DNA of 63,648 nt, the filler included, from Octopus bimaculoides (Eukaryota): the NCBI RefSeq assembly GCF_001194135.2. It is 3 parts of 3 records of this genome, joined end to end, with 100 filler letters (N's around TTAATTAATTAA, not from the genome) between each part and the next. Parts side by side here need not be neighbours in the genome. Positions count along the whole stretch, not along the records: positions 1 to 17,006 come from NC_068981.1; 2 more parts are not named here. One strand, written 5' to 3'. How positions within the stretch are numbered: position 1 is the stretch's first letter; each line of letters opens with the position of its first letter. A program made the position numbers and the translations under genes. The notes under the pieces are model-generated. The model made no database searches. It worked only from the letters and a program-made list of their open reading frames with translations, and was not told the DNA's origin. Of this stretch, positions 1 to 14,609 are shown piece by piece.

Positions 1-16
1 AGTAATGGCTCGAGAG

Positions 17-1660
17 TCAATACATACAGAAGGGAGGAGAGAGAGGACACCCTTGGCGAACCGAACGCGAGATGTTGAACGGTTCCGATTGATGGCCGTT
101 CACCCGTATGACCGAGCAGATGCCGCTGTATAAAGCAGCTATCCACACGCGGAAGACCGGACCGAAGCCAGCTGCCTTGAGAACAGCTGCTAGGTATCGA
201 TGGTCGACCATATCGAAGGCTTTAGACTGATCTAAATTGATCAAAGCCCCACCCGCGCCAGCTTCGTTACCCACCCTCTCTATGATGTAGCGCATGAGAT
301 GGAGGTTGTCGTGGATAGACCTGGTCGGCACGGCGCATATCTGCGCCTTGCTGATCAGTTTGCCCACGACAGGCGCCAATCTCTTGAATAGCAGCTTGGC
401 CAAGATCTTCAACTCTGTACTGAGCAGAGTGATGGGCCTAAAGTTCCCTATAATGTCCGCCTTGTATGGGTCCTTTCTTAGCAAAGCCACCACTCCTCGA
501 CAAATAAAAGCAGGAATTCTCCCGTTTTGTTGCCAGTTGCTGTAGACGTTTGCCAAGACGCCCGCAAACAAGTCTGCCATTGACGTATAAAGCTCGTAAG
601 GCAGACCATCCAAACCCGGCGATCTACCTCTCGTGCAGCCTTTCATCGCTTCCTGTACTTCCCAAGCAGATATGGGTCCTTCGCAGCACTCGGCTTCGCT
701 GGTCGAGAGTTGCGGCAGGCCGTCCAGGTGCACACCGAAGTCTGTTCCGTCGTCCGTCCTACCGTCGTCCTGAACAATTGAGCAAAGTGCTGCTGAAAGG
801 CTGCACACATCTGCTTCGGTTCCGAAATCTCGCAGTCGTTCTGGTCCACCAAATACCGAATGGTCGCTCTGTTGCCACGCTTCGCCTCAAACACGCGGGC
901 CCATCGAACGGCCTTAGTCTCCTCCCCGCTTACCGAAAGTGCTTTAGCTCTGACAACGCAGCCTTCATGTTTGGCATCAAAGTGTTGGTCGAGGGCCAAC
1001 TTCGCTGCTAACACGTCGGTTGCGATGCCTGTCCTAAGAGCCTCGTCTAGTTTGTTAACTAAATCCCGCTCCGTTTTCTTACGTTCTACAGCTAGAGCCT
1101 TACTAAACCTAATTAATTCTGCACTAATTGCCCGCTTCAGGGCGAACCACCGGTTAAAGCCCTCTTAACTAATAAACTAATCCGGTCTCTGTAGGCTTTG
1201 CACGCCGTTATCGACGCGTTTAGCTTCCAGTAACCGGGGCCTTGTCTATGGAGCCTATCTAAGTCGACCGTACAGATCACGAATTTGTGGTCCGTGTAGC
1301 CGACTATGTTGAATTGTGGACACCCTATGCTATCCGTATCCGCTGGCGTACAGAAAATTCTATCTAAGTACGATCTAGACGACCCGATGCGATTAGTCCA
1401 AGTCCACATTGGCACATTCGAGTTGTCTAGTTGATTCCTGTCGGAGAGCTGAAAGCGTTTGAGCAGGTTGGCGAGGCTCTTGCATCCACCTTTCCTATTA
1501 GATGCTCCCACACCCACCCTATCGATACGATTGTCTAGGACAGCGTTCCAGTCCCCAACTAGCAATAAAGTGCGAGAAGTACCTAGGAAAAACTCCAGAC
1601 GTTTGAAATAATCCGACTGCCCTGCTCCTGTCGGAGCGTAGGCAGCCAGTAGTCTGAAAG
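17..1660 (-). mobile_element. Tx1/L1-clade non-LTR retrotransposon ORF2 (APE endonuclease plus N-terminal half of RT), frameshifted
   Basis: APE motifs AAYAP, VGDWNAVLD, SYLDRIF, TDHKFV, GYWKLN (1137-1660). RT motifs SPGLDGLPYELY, FRPITLLS, LDQSKAFD, VRQGCPLSP (17-808). Stops and frameshifts lie between the segments, and the element runs off the window edge. Confidence 0.92.
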
Positions 1661-1720
1661 NNNNNNNNNNGAGAATTACCATGTTGTTTAAAAAACGAAA
1701 ATATTAGAGGAGAAAAGGAT

Positions 1721-2950
1721 CTACTTACTGTTTTCTGGTGGGGTGGCTCCCCTATGTTTCCGTGTGGGTGTTTCCACTAAATTCTGATAAAGGCTTTGGC
1801 AGAAACTTCTCCCTAGAGACCCAACATCATTCGGAAACTTTTCTTTTATTTTATTATAGTTTTCTTTGGTTATCTTTAGTGTGAGTATGTGTGCTGGTGG
1901 TGCGTTGTGTAAGGGTATAATGAAATTTGTGGTGTTTGCATTTGTACTGTTTTTTAAAAAGTTTAATAAGTGTTCATTTTTGGTGTTGATGGCTGTTACG
2001 GTTGTGGTGTGTGTGAGTGTTAGTGTTTGCGGTGGAGAAGGTGTTACTATTTGTTGTGAGTGTGTGTTGTTGTTGGCGATGATGTTGGGAAGTTCACCTT
2101 TTTCGGGCCTCCCCTCTTTGTCAATTGTTTCTTTTGTCTTTCTTTTTCGTTTTTTTTGTTGGTGGTACAGTGTGCCACTTCCCTTTTTCACTATCAGTGC
2201 TCGCACAATCCGAGCTGATCTGATATGGAAAGGGAATGTTTGTCGGATCTGGCGAGGATTCTTTTACAATTTCTGTTGTTGTTGTTGCTGGTTCTGTTAT
2301 CTTCTTTGGTGTGGAGGTTCTTGGTGTTGGTGTTGGTTTGGTGATGGCTGGAGATGGTGGTGTCGCTTTTCGTGGTATTGGTGGTGGTGGTGTTGATGGT
2401 GATGGTGTTGGTGGTGTGGAGGCTTTTGGTTGTTATTGTTGTTGTTGCTGCAATTTTCTATTTTTGTCTGCCTCCATTCTTTGCTTGTAGATGGGGCAGT
2501 CTTTTTTTAGGTGTTTTTCACTGGTGCAGAGGTAGCACTTTGGTCTGCGCCCCTCTACAGCAATGTGTATTCTACTGCCATCTGGCAGGTTTATTGCGTC
2601 GGGTATGGTATTTATGCTATCTTGTTCAATCTGAACAAGGAGTTGCATTTCCATGCCCAACCAGTTCTCTCTCCCTGAGTATTCGAAAAAGTAAACATTC
2701 ATTTTTTCCCCCTAAAAACATAGTTTTCTCTGTTTGGACATACAAAAAAAGACCATCTTTGGTAAAGCTTAAAACTTTGTCTGAAAATCTTACTCTTGTC
2801 TTTTCTTTCCTTTCTCTCTGAGTATTCAAAAATATAAGCATACTTTTCATTGCAAAAATACAACTGTTTTCTCGAACTGGACATACAAACGAACATCTCT
2901 AGAAAAGTCAACTTTAATTTCTACAATATTACCTTTATTTTTTTTTATTT
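1721..2950 (-). mobile_element. Tx1/L1-clade ORF1 (gag-like, CCHC zinc knuckle), degenerate
   Basis: IPDAINLPDGSRIHIAVEGRRPKCYLCTSEKHLKKDCP contains C-x2-C-x4-H-x4-C, followed by a low-complexity T/K/Q-rich tail. There is a frameshift at about 2700. It lies upstream of ORF2 across a 10-N gap. Confidence 0.8.
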
Positions 2951-3009
2951 TCTCCCTGACTAGCTGAAATATGCAATAACATAAATGCACGTGGGAAAAA
3001 AAAAAAAAT

Positions 3010-3206
3010 AAAAATAATAATGATAATAATTAATTCGTTTTATTGGCCACAAGGGATTATATCTTCCCCAATAATAATGATAATAATAATTAATTCGTTT
3101 TATTGGCCACAAGGGCTAATATCAATTAAAAACATATCAGGATAAAGATAGGACGAAGGTTACAAAAGGTTTTGTCCGAAAAGGTAGGAAAGTTCGTCTA
3201 AACAGA
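3010..3206 (-). mobile_element. 3' end of another L1/Tx1-like LINE
   Basis: On the minus strand an ORF end (CLDELSYLFGQNLL*) is followed by a short UTR, GGCCAATAAAACGAA and an (ATT)n tail. The tail is duplicated. Confidence 0.5.
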
Positions 3207-3698
3207 NNNNNNNNNNNNNNNNNNNNNNNNNNNNNNNNNNNNNNNNNNNNNNNNNNNNNNNNNNNNNNNNNNNNNNNNNNNNNNNNNNNNNNNNNNNNNN
3301 NNNNNNNNNNNNNNNNNNNNNNNNNNNNNNNNNNNNNNNNNNNNNNNNNNNNNNNNNNNNNNNNNNNNNNNNNNNNNNNNNNNNNNNNNNNNNNNNNNNN
3401 NNNNNNNNNNNNNNNNNNNNNNNNNNNNNNNNNNNNNNNNNNNNNNNNNNNNNNNNNNNNNNNNNNNNNNNNNNNNNNNNNNNNNNNNNNNNNNNNNNNN
3501 NNNNNNNNNNNNNNNNNNNNNNNNNNNNNNNNNNNNNNNNNNNNNNNNNNNNNNNNNNNNNNNNNNNNNNNNNNNNNNNNNNNNNNNNNNNNNNNNNNNN
3601 NNNNNNNNNNNNNNNNNNNNNNNNNNNNNNNNNNNNNNNNNNNNNNNNNNNNNNNNNNNNNNNNNNNNNNNNNNNNNNNNNNNNNNNNNNNNNNNNNN

Positions 3699-3699
<1 letters not shown>

Positions 3700-3776
<77 letters not shown>

Positions 3777-4075
3777 GTGTTGCTGCTACCACGGCTGCTG
3801 CTGTCACTACTACTACTATTACTACCACAGCTGCTGTTGCTGCTACTACTGCTGCTGCCACTACCGTTGCTGCTACCACTAAGATTACTACTACTACTAC
3901 TACTGCAGCTGCTGATGCTATCACAACTAATGCTACTACAGCTGCTGCTGCTACTAATATTACTGCTGCTATTGCTCCTTCCACTACTGCTACTATTACC
4001 ACTGCCACTGCTGCTGCTGATAGTGATATTGCTGCTGCTACTACAACAACTGGTGGTGGTGCTGCTGCTGCTAAT
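3700..4075. repeat. Compound trinucleotide microsatellite (CTA/CTG/GAT)n
   Basis: Directly visible. It explains the poly-M/L/V/A ORFs. Confidence 0.95.
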
Positions 4076-4299
4076 AAAAATTAAAATAAATAATAAAAAT
4101 AAATAAATACATACAATAATAAATAAACAAATAAATAAAATATTTTTAAAAATGACAATTTAATAATAATTTAATTTTACTTTAAAAGAAAAGAAAATTT
4201 CAAACACTACACCGAATCGCTTGTCCAATGGCTATTCTGGAAGCGCACTCGACAGTAGGCTGTTTGCATGACGGCGAAAAATATTCAAATGGCAGAATG

Positions 4300-4890
4300 T
4301 ATTCCCCTAATACGAACCTGGAGCGTTACTTAAACGGGATTTGTCCCAATTTAACCCCCAAATTTCACCACTGATCTCGATTACTGGGACTGTCTTAAAG
4401 CCTTGAAACTCTACTCTCTCCAGCGCCGCCGCGAGCCGTACATTATTGTACCATGGGGAAAATATACCGCTAGCATTGCCCAAACGACCTGAACATTAGT
4501 TTCAAGGTTCATCCAAGGCTGAGACCACCATCCATACATCCCCTGACAATTCAGGATCACAACATGTAGGTATACTGCGACATAATTTCTTTTCCTCAAC
4601 AGGCCATGCCCTGTTTAACATTGTCCCAAAACTGATTAAAGAGGTTAAGGATCCCGTCACCTTTAAACGGAGTCTGGACAGATTTCTTCAAGAAATATCA
4701 GATAATACGAGATACCTGGATACAACTCACTCAAAAAGAACTCACTACTTGAATGGACCATAAACAAAACTAGACCTAAAAAGGATTTAGTTAATCCTAT
4801 CAGGTGGTGCTATTAATTTAGACATGCCTAGTCCAATCTTTGGTCGAAACATATCCAAGTTTTATCTAAGTTTTTACCTCATTAATCATT
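4300..4890 (+). mobile_element. CR1-clade LINE 3' fragment
   Basis: Translation gives DYWDCLKALKLYSLQRRRE...LFNIVPKLIKEVKDPVTFKRSLDRFLQEI, the typical CR1 ORF2 C-terminus. Confidence 0.8.
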
Positions 4891-6191
4891 TCTAGTATAG
4901 GTATAAGGCCTGAAGCTTTTGGGGAAAGCGGGCAAGTCGATTAAATGGACCCCAAGTGTTGGCTGGTATTTCTTTAATCGAACGAGAAAGGCTGTGACGC
5001 AAATTGACACATCTGAATTTAAACAAAGACTGAAAAGGCGGAAGAAATGGCGCTATGCATTTCGTCAGGTGTGCTATCAGTTCTGCAGTCCACATTTTTA
5101 AGTTTCATTGCACCATCAAATCTAATGCAGAGCGGCAAAATGAAAAGACAAACTGTTTTATTTTCTTAAGCATCAATTCAAATGATCTACATGCATTTAA
5201 ATATTTATTACTCTATGCATATTGTATATGTTTGTTTATATGTGTGTATGTACGTATGTATATTTTTGCACTGTCTTAAGAAATGCTTAAAATCTGCCAG
5301 TCGTATATGACGTAATAAATTGCGAGCATTCGTCATACTGTAATTTATATACAGGTGAGTCTGTGTGTGTGCGCGTGCGTCTGGATATGTTACATGTATG
5401 TGTGTATGCAAACTAATTCAGAGATACGCATGTGTATATTTAAATATCCATACATATAAGTGTATGTTTCTGTTCATGTGTGTGCGTGTGTGTGTGTGTG
5501 TGTGTGTGCGTGCGTGCGTGCGAGTGTGTAAATATTAATGTATTGCAATGTACAGATACATTTTACATACCATTCTTTTTAATTTGTACTTTCCATAGTC
5601 GTTGTTTTCTCTTGTCTTAAGTCCACGTCTTGTCTTTCTTTCTACAACGGAACATTGTTATTATGTTTTCATAAAAATATTACAGATTATATAGGCAGCA
5701 ACGGGAACAATAATTAATAATTATCAATTAAACGATGTATGTGTGAAGTTCTTCATTTCGATTTTCGCACAAATAGCAGAGTTTTGAATTGCGGCAATAA
5801 TCAATAAATAATACAAATAACTCAGTTTTCATTTAGCTGTTTATTTACATTTTCCCTACAAATTAATGGAATTATTTAACATAGTAGCTAATGAGATCAT
5901 TTTTCCACTGAAATATATCAGATGAGCATATAATAAATGATACCATGTATACAGCAGATGATATTTGTGTAACTGTATGAAAATTATTTCGTCAGTTCTT
6001 TTACACTATAAAATATCTATGCTACACAAAATTATATAAAATATATATTGAAATGCAACACAGATGTTTACTGAAATAACAATCGCTATCAAGCTGACGA
6101 AGTTTATTGACGATATTCATGTATCTATGATATACTACTGCTACTGTGAATATTTTCCCACTTCTTCCTTAGACTATGTTAGTGAACTGGT

Positions 6192-6560
6192 GGAAGCGCA
6201 TTGGCCCAGTGGTTAGGGCAGCGGATTCGCGGTCGTAGGATGGCGGTTTCGATTCCCAGACTGGGCATTGTTAGTTGTTATTGAGCGATAACATATAAAG
6301 CTCCATAATGATCCGGCAGGGTGTGATGGCGAATCCTGCTGTACACTTTCACCACAACTTTCTCTCACTCATTCTACGTGTTTCTGTTGTACCTGTATTT
6401 CAAAGGACCAACCATATCACACTCTGAATCTCCCCGAGACCTACGTTAAGGGTACACGTGTCTCTGGAGTGCTCAGCCACGTGCACGTTAATTTCACGAG
6501 AAGGCTATTCAGTTGATTGGATCAACTGGAACACTCGTTATCTTAACCGACGGAGTGCGC
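6192..6560 (+). mobile_element. tRNA-derived SINE
   Basis: A-box TGGCCCAGTGG and B-box GGTTTCGATTCCC at tRNA-like spacing, followed by about 300 bp of non-tRNA body. Confidence 0.75.
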
Positions 6561-7130
6561 TAGTAATGCTACCTGTCTGATGAAAAAGTATTATATACCC
6601 AAGTATGACTTGTAACCATAGAAGTCCCAACTATTGTATGTACTACGAAATACAATACGCTCATTGTTTTATCATTTCGCTCGCACCAAATGAGTAAAAT
6701 GGGTTCGATGTTAAGTTGATCATAAATTTGTTGGGGATCCCAGAAATATTGTAGAAATTTTATATTTAGTTACGCTTCATTTGATTTTAGAATTTACCTT
6801 TCGTATTCGAACAAACATAAAGTGGCATTGAATCGGCGGAATTTGAAATCAGAACCCATACATACGACGCATGTATTGCATGACATCTTTCTCAATGCTG
6901 TATTGAATATGTCATCTTGTGACTTGAACATGTTTTGTTGGCATGAATTAATCGGTACTATATTTATTTAATGGAAAACAGGTTTATTTGAAGAAATAAT
7001 ATTTATTGAAGAAATAGTATAATCATTTATTTGAATAAATAATATAATCATTTATTTACCCTGCGCAAATAAGCGAAGCATGGTATTCTAGTCACCTGTC
7101 CATAGATAGGTATGCGATTCTATTTCTGTA

Positions 7131-7246
<116 letters not shown>

Positions 7247-10200
7247 TATACAGGGATAGATTTGAGGGCTTCGTTTATTTATGAGTTGATTTCTTAATTT
7301 CGCCGGAGTATAAGTACCTCTAATGGAATAAAATAATAAAATAAACAACTTAAATTTTAAAAACAAACTCAAACTTACAAATTTACCGATAAGCAATTAA
7401 TCATATTTATATCCTACAGTGAACTACAATACTTTTTGCTTCGCTTGCCATCATTGGAAGACGTTGAAAACAGTTATCAAGTTGTGTGCAATATTTTTTA
7501 TATGTATTTCATTTTTGTTCACTTTCTTTTCCACAATCATGATTATTATTTGAATAATCATTTATTTAGTCATATGCAAATTTTACTCGTGTGCGTTTGG
7601 AGTAAACATCGATGAAGTCTGCTTTTAGCTGTAAAATACTTAGGATTCTCATCCTCTTTTAGTCAAACACTTACGAAGCTTGATTCAGTTCAATTAAAAA
7701 AACAAGGATAAGCAACGCATTGTAAGCTACACTATGATGTCAGAGAAAGATTATCTGTGCGCAGCGTATGCATCATCCCTCCGATGCCTTTGTTGTGTTC
7801 ATTATTTTTATACTGTTAAATGTAAAAATATGATTTACAAGAGAAGCCTTAATTAAAATTTCACAAATATATTACATTTATTAATTAGCCAATAACATGT
7901 GCGACCGTGTTTCTGAGGATTATCATTAATCAGAAGTCGGGAAAGTTACTGCGTCCACTTGTCTAAAACTACTGTGCCTCTAAACATTGGACGCTAACAT
8001 ATTATAAAGATAGTAACTCTGACATTGTTGTGATACATTCATTTTGGGATAATCCATGTATGAATGTCGATGTGAAGTGCTTAAATACTGATTTCTTTGT
8101 TTGAAGCCTGCACAGCTTTAAACGTGATGTTTTTTCTTCAATGCAAAATAATCAATAACATCCGTATGTATTTCTTCATATAGAATTGATCTAAATTTAT
8201 GGAGATATTAATCAATAGTTTTCAGAAAATTAATAATATATTTAGAGCTATACAAGTAATATCATCTTATATAGGTAAGTATGTTCTGTGAATTTCCGAG
8301 TGTGACATCATTTATCTAAGTAATATGAATAAAAAGTATTAGTAATATTTGATACGGTAAGTATCACACATGAGACTTTCTATTATTTAGTTCAGTTAGA
8401 GTGATATTTTCACTGAATTTGTTTTGTCAGACAAAGTGCTTCATTTAATTTCTTCCGCCATTTACCTTCAAATATTTCAAAGGTCAAACCTGGATGTCAT
8501 TACTTCGAGTTCAGTACAATAAAATACCTGTCGATAAAAGTTTCACATCATTTTTATTCTGCGATGAAACCTCGCAATAATAAGTTATGCGATTTATTTT
8601 CACATAAATAATATTTAATTGCTGGTGCCATATTTCATGACTGATATCATGTAAGACATTAAAAATCGTTATGAAAACTGGATCTTAGTTCAAATACCAC
8701 CGAATCTACTTTGCCGTTTATCCTTTCGGGGTGGATAAAAAAAAGCAGTTTAGCATTGGGAGGGGGGTCAATGCCGTCGACTTACACCCTCCCCGGAGAT
8801 TGCTGCACTTGTGCAAAAATTTGAAACCGATATTAATTAAGACAATTTAGATATAATTAAAGTTTATCACCTACGATATAACGATGTGATTTTTGCTAAG
8901 AAAAATAACTTGTAATAGTTTTTACCTGTGGACACCTAACTGAATAATTAGTTTTAATTTCGTAATGCACTCTCTCTTTTATATAGATAGTTATATTCAT
9001 TTCTGAATAAAGAGAAATATATATATNNNNNNNNNNNNNNNNNNNNNNNNNNNNNNNNNNNNNNNNNNNNNNNNNNNNNNNNNNNNNNNNNNNNNNNNNN
9101 NNNNNNNNNNNNNNNNNNNNNNNNNNNNNNNNNNNNNNNNNNNNNNNNNNNNNNNNNNNNNNNNNNNNNNNNNNNNNNNNNNNNNNNNNNNNNNNNNNNN
9201 NNNNNNNNNTATATATTAGCTACTAAAGTGGTAAGTATTTTTTTCTAATCACTGGGGATATTTTGCCCAAACACATAATTTATTGCATATTAACTAAAAG
9301 AAATTATGTACTGATTATCAAAGACTGATGGGTATCTCAACTTATGTTAATTCACCAATTTTGTTTAATGTATATGTGTGAGATTAATTTTTTTTATCGC
9401 AGACATTAATTGAAATTGTACTGCTGGCAGAAAAAAAAAATTAATATCTAGAGTGATTTATATATTTAGAGGCACCCGTTTTTCGTTCTAGAGAACTAAG
9501 CCGTTAATTGTTACATACTCTTCCTTTTTCATTCCACGTTCTCTAAATAGGAGGACAATAATCATTGAATTAAAATAGCATCTGACACGGTGCTTGGATG
9601 AACTATTAAATATTGTGTACTTGGAGCTTTTCCGAATACAGTACTAGTCTCTATATATAGTGCAATTCCATACAACCGCTTCTATATTCTTATGTGTCAT
9701 ATAACTCTATGCAGCTCTAAAGAAGACGAATGGTGATTTCATTGGAGAATATTAGGTATGCAATAATTGAATATTTAGTAGTATGTCTAATAAGAGCACT
9801 TCAGTCATTATCTCCCTGCTAGCCGTATTTAGCCCACATAATTTGAATAGGGACATTGAATGAAATTTTACCTCTAATAAATATTGTATGATCGTGCGTA
9901 CATATTGTAAATCATTATTCAATAATATTGGCGGTTTACAGTAAAAACTGAGAGTGCCAGGCAAAATTTCTTCGGCATATGATATAGCTTTTGAAATAAA
10001 GATTGTGTCGATGTTTGAAATAATTTTTCAGAAAAATCAGATATAATTGAGTAGTCAGGCAAAGTAGGTGCAGTGTAAACGATCGACGTATTTCCCTTTT
10101 TAGTTACACTGCATTTAAAGGTTTAGATTTTTCTTGTTCGATATTGATAAATCAATAACTGTATAGCTTATCATTTATATTGTTCCCTACATCTTAATAC

Positions 10201-10987
10201 ATTTCGGTCGTAATAGATTTATATTATTGCAAAATAGTGGATAAAGAATACTTTGTAATGTAGGCAAAATTTTAAAGAATATTTTGAAAGAGATATTTGA
10301 TAATATTGACAGTTACATACTTATATTAAGAATCCAAAATGTGCTCGAAGAGACATAATGTAAATGTTTTAAACGAATATCGCAAATATTCTCTACCGTG
10401 CTGTAAAAATTATGTCATTCGAGGAAACCATAATGCCAGAAATATTAATTATAGTTATCAGTATTACACTTCTAAAACCTGACATTCTTTTTCCATATAC
10501 TACAAAAACGAGAGTCACTTCTGTATGATCGTTTGCTAATCAATATTAAGAATCGATTTCTGTTACATATTTTATTATATTTAGTGTACTTAATTATTTT
10601 GTATTTAGAAGGAACATCTTTTTTTGTTAATAATGAAATGTAATGGAAATCTTCCATTTAAAAGGCAGCATAATTTCTTAAGAAATCAACAATCCTAAAT
10701 AACAATCAACAATCCCAAACATATATGAGATCTTTAATATAATAGTCATGAATGTGATCGATGCCACAATATGCACATGTTTTATTAGTATAAACTTTGA
10801 CAGGTTTGTTTTCAAATCAATCGGTATATTAATTATCAATTATCTAGAAACTTGGCTGTGCATGTTATCTACCGTTATTCATGGCTCAAATCAATAGATT
10901 CCGTTCTATATTAAATCGTATTTAACGTCTCAATGCATTACTGTTTAGAAAAAAAATTAACATGCATATGAAAGTAAGTACACAAGG

Positions 10988-11024
<37 letters not shown>

Positions 11025-11497
11025 TGCATGTATGTATATATATATATATATGTTTGTGTTTGTGTGTATGTATACACATCTGTGTATAAATGTTCTAATT
11101 GTAGCATGTGTTGTATTATTCAAAAATAATAAATACACATATTTTTCGTGAAACTGAGGTGTGGCATTTTAATTAATATTTATTTCACGGAAGTTCTCAT
11201 CCAATAAGAAGAGTACACATATTACAATATATTCCATATTTCATCCCTGTAAGATCGATATAACGGACAGCAATAATATCTATGACTGAAATAATATGAC
11301 TAAACCACTTTCTTTTCAAAATATCGTTTTTGTGTGTCTCTGAAACAAAGCAATTATCTAAAAGCATCCGCTGAAATCATTATTAAAACAATTTTCATCT
11401 ATGCTTTTAATGTTAAAATTGTTATACTCACATTGAAACAATATTATATATATATCTGCATGAATACGTATATACACATGCGATACATACATACATT

Positions 11498-11530
<33 letters not shown>

Positions 11531-14156
11531 CCATATTATTTACTTCTAATAATTCAGATCTAGATTAAACACTCGTAAATCAATCAGTTGAATAAAAACA
11601 CAGATAAAACGCTGAATGAAGACGTTGTACTTTAAGTATATATGCATGTATATATATATATATATATATNNNNNNNNNNNNNNNNNNNNNNNNNNNNNNN
11701 NNNNNNNNNNNNNNNNNNNNNNNNNNNNNNNNNNNNNNNNNNNNNNNNNNNNNNNNNNNNNNNNNNNNNNNNNNNNNNNNNNNNNNNNNNNNNNNNNNNN
11801 NNNNNNNNNNNNNNNNNNNNNNNNNNNNNNNNNNNNNNNNNNNNNNNNNNNNNNNNNNNNNNNNNNNNNNNNNNNNNNNNNNNNNNNNNNNATATATATG
11901 TATATATAAAGACATACGAATGTGTGTATGTATATGTGTTTGTGAACATTGAATTCTATAATGATGTATAGGTATATGTGTACCAGTATATATTATTGTA
12001 TGTATGTATTGTATTGAACTATAAATTCTGTACATAAAGTACCCCTACGGCTGTTTTGCAAGAACGTCTATTTAATGCAACAATAAGACTGACTTCTTTT
12101 CATCTCTTCCAATCCGTCATTGCTTTTATTTTCATTCGATGTTTTACCGTCACCAAATTTTCGCATGCAATAATTGTAGAGACATTATAATCATAGAGCC
12201 GTATGGGCGGGAATCCTTCGCAAGCTCTGCTCTCTTGAGACAGAGAACATTTTTACCTCCTCCATTATAACATATTTTCACCGCCTGTACTTTTCAGTTA
12301 TTTCGATTGAATTTTCTAGGAATTTCTTTTCTACACTTGTTCATTTCTATTTCCTTTTACATTGTTCCATACATACTAACTTCAAGATTATTGATTTACT
12401 CATAAAAGCATCACAAAAATAAGAGACAAAAAAGTCAGTAAAATGCCAACGGAGTTATGTAGAAATAGTGAATAAGAACGAGTATTTGAAGAGAAAGTTA
12501 AGGATGTGGAGAAGGAATAGAACGCGCTTGAGAGGAATGAGAGAGGAGAAGGAATATAATTGCGGGATGGAAATATCTTAACATCTGAAAATCAAAGTAG
12601 CTTTTGTTAGTTAAATAGATTTTTTTTTGTAAATGTAACCACTTCTAAAGAAGTTGAATTTCGATGGTTTTAGAAATATTATAAACTGTAGTACAAAGAC
12701 CATTCAATTCAAAATGTAATTCGTTACTTATCAGTACAAAATAACAAAAAGTAATTCAAGCAATAAACTAGCTGCAACTTTAACAAAACATATTTGTTTC
12801 CGTTTGTTAAATAATTTTTAAAATCGATTCAATTGGCTGATATTACTAGCGACATTGCACACACTAAAACTAATATTATGTATTTTTGTTTGATTCTATA
12901 TACGAAAAGGAGGGACGAATTAAAATTATATTCAATATTGTAGTGGAACATTGTTCAGCATATCACATCTTCCATTATGTTCACAAGCTGGGTGTTTCTT
13001 ATTGCAATTTCATAATTCATAGTTAAATAATGAATCACCTAAATGTGTAAATCTCATAAAATATATTCGTGTATACTTGGATTTCGTGCCCATATTCCAC
13101 AAGATGTATTGATTTCTAAAACAGGTACAGAATCAGAAATTGAAGTAGGGAGGTAATACTTAAAGCAATAACTTGAATACATCGTTCCTGAAATTATGAA
13201 AATGAAACCGAAATTTAGTGGGATTTGAACTTTTTACGCAAAACGGCAACAATATTTTTCTGTTATAGTATCCTGCTGTGGAAGAATTTGTCAAATTAAC
13301 TAGCTAGATTTTAAGGTTTGAATACTGCTGAATAAATTTTAGATCGTATGTATATTTTAAATCTCAGTAATATATAATTAGTAACAAGATGATTGTGCTT
13401 TGACGCATGTATATCAACAGCTATCCCGAACAGATTGTGTGTAATTACATACAATATATATATACTACTCTAGAATTTATACACTGTTATTTTTTCTTTC
13501 GCAAGATATGTTTTCAAAACAAATGTCGATAAGGTTTAACTAAAAGAATAACCCATTATTCAATTAGGAACTTTCGTTGGTAAATTGTACCAGCAGTTCG
13601 AAGTGTAGATTTCCCTATAGTCTCTTAAATTGATGATTTAGAAACAGTTCCTGAAGTACTTGATCCAACAAACTTCCCACATGTTCATGTAATTGGATGT
13701 AACCAAGATGATAGTGTCATTGGTGCTGGAAATAGACATAAAAGAATGCATTGTAAAGACAATGTTAAGCTTGAAGTTTTTACTAATATTTTTACTAATA
13801 TCCGTGTTTCCCATGTTAGAACATTACGTTGTTATTTTAATAGATAAGGACATCTCTAAAAGAAGTAATACATTTTCAAATTTAACTTATTTTTCAATGG
13901 GAAAATATTACCGTTTCCAGAGACTTCAGCATATCTGCAGGGTTAAGAATGTCACTTTGAATATACATACATAATAACCTATGAATTCGGTGAGTGTTGT
14001 CGAGGATGATGAATCGATCTACTATAAGTCACATTATCACATGTTATATGTTGTCACAGGTGATTTTAATTTGCTCCGAAAGGACTTTGCGAGGATGATC
14101 AAAGTGATTTATTTTACAAGTGAGGATTAGTTCTGAATTTCTCTTCATTATTGACG

Positions 14157-14459
14157 TCAAGCAGTTTTCATAATATACGTAATGCCTATCACACGTTTGT
14201 GAGAGGGACGAATTTGTAGAGTCGTTGCAGCGCTAGAGAAATGATTTAAGAATGTTTTCCGGTCCCTTTCAATCCCGTCCTGGTAGATTTTCCTCACATC
14301 ATTTAAGGCAGAGAAAATAAAGGAACATCGCAGTATTGAGGTAGATAATAAACGCTCCCGCACGTTTGCAGCATGTGGATGACTAATACGAATATAAAAT
14401 CCATTGGTTATCAATTTCTTTGCGAGCAACTGGTGTGTAAGTATGATTAATTTTCTCAT
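14157..14459 (-). mobile_element. Highly decayed mariner transposase C-terminal fragment
   Basis: HPHAANVRE resembles HDNARPHxA, and IYQDGIER resembles FYxxGIxxL. The similarity is weak. Confidence 0.35.
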
Positions 14460-14577
14460 AAGGTGAGAAAATTGTCACCACTATATTTGACAATCAGTTA
14501 TCGAGCGTAATAATCAATGTAAATCGACCATTATTACCTATACTTAATAATGAAATACTTATCAAGGTATGAAATAA

Positions 14578-14609
<32 letters not shown>

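Noticed and set aside
13077-13115. Minus-strand INTSCG peptide after a ttttag acceptor, resembling tetraspanin VNTMCG
   Set aside because: The only available donor (GTATAC) is weak, and the intervening exons including the CCG exon are not visible. Probably chance, but worth checking once the mRNA is known.
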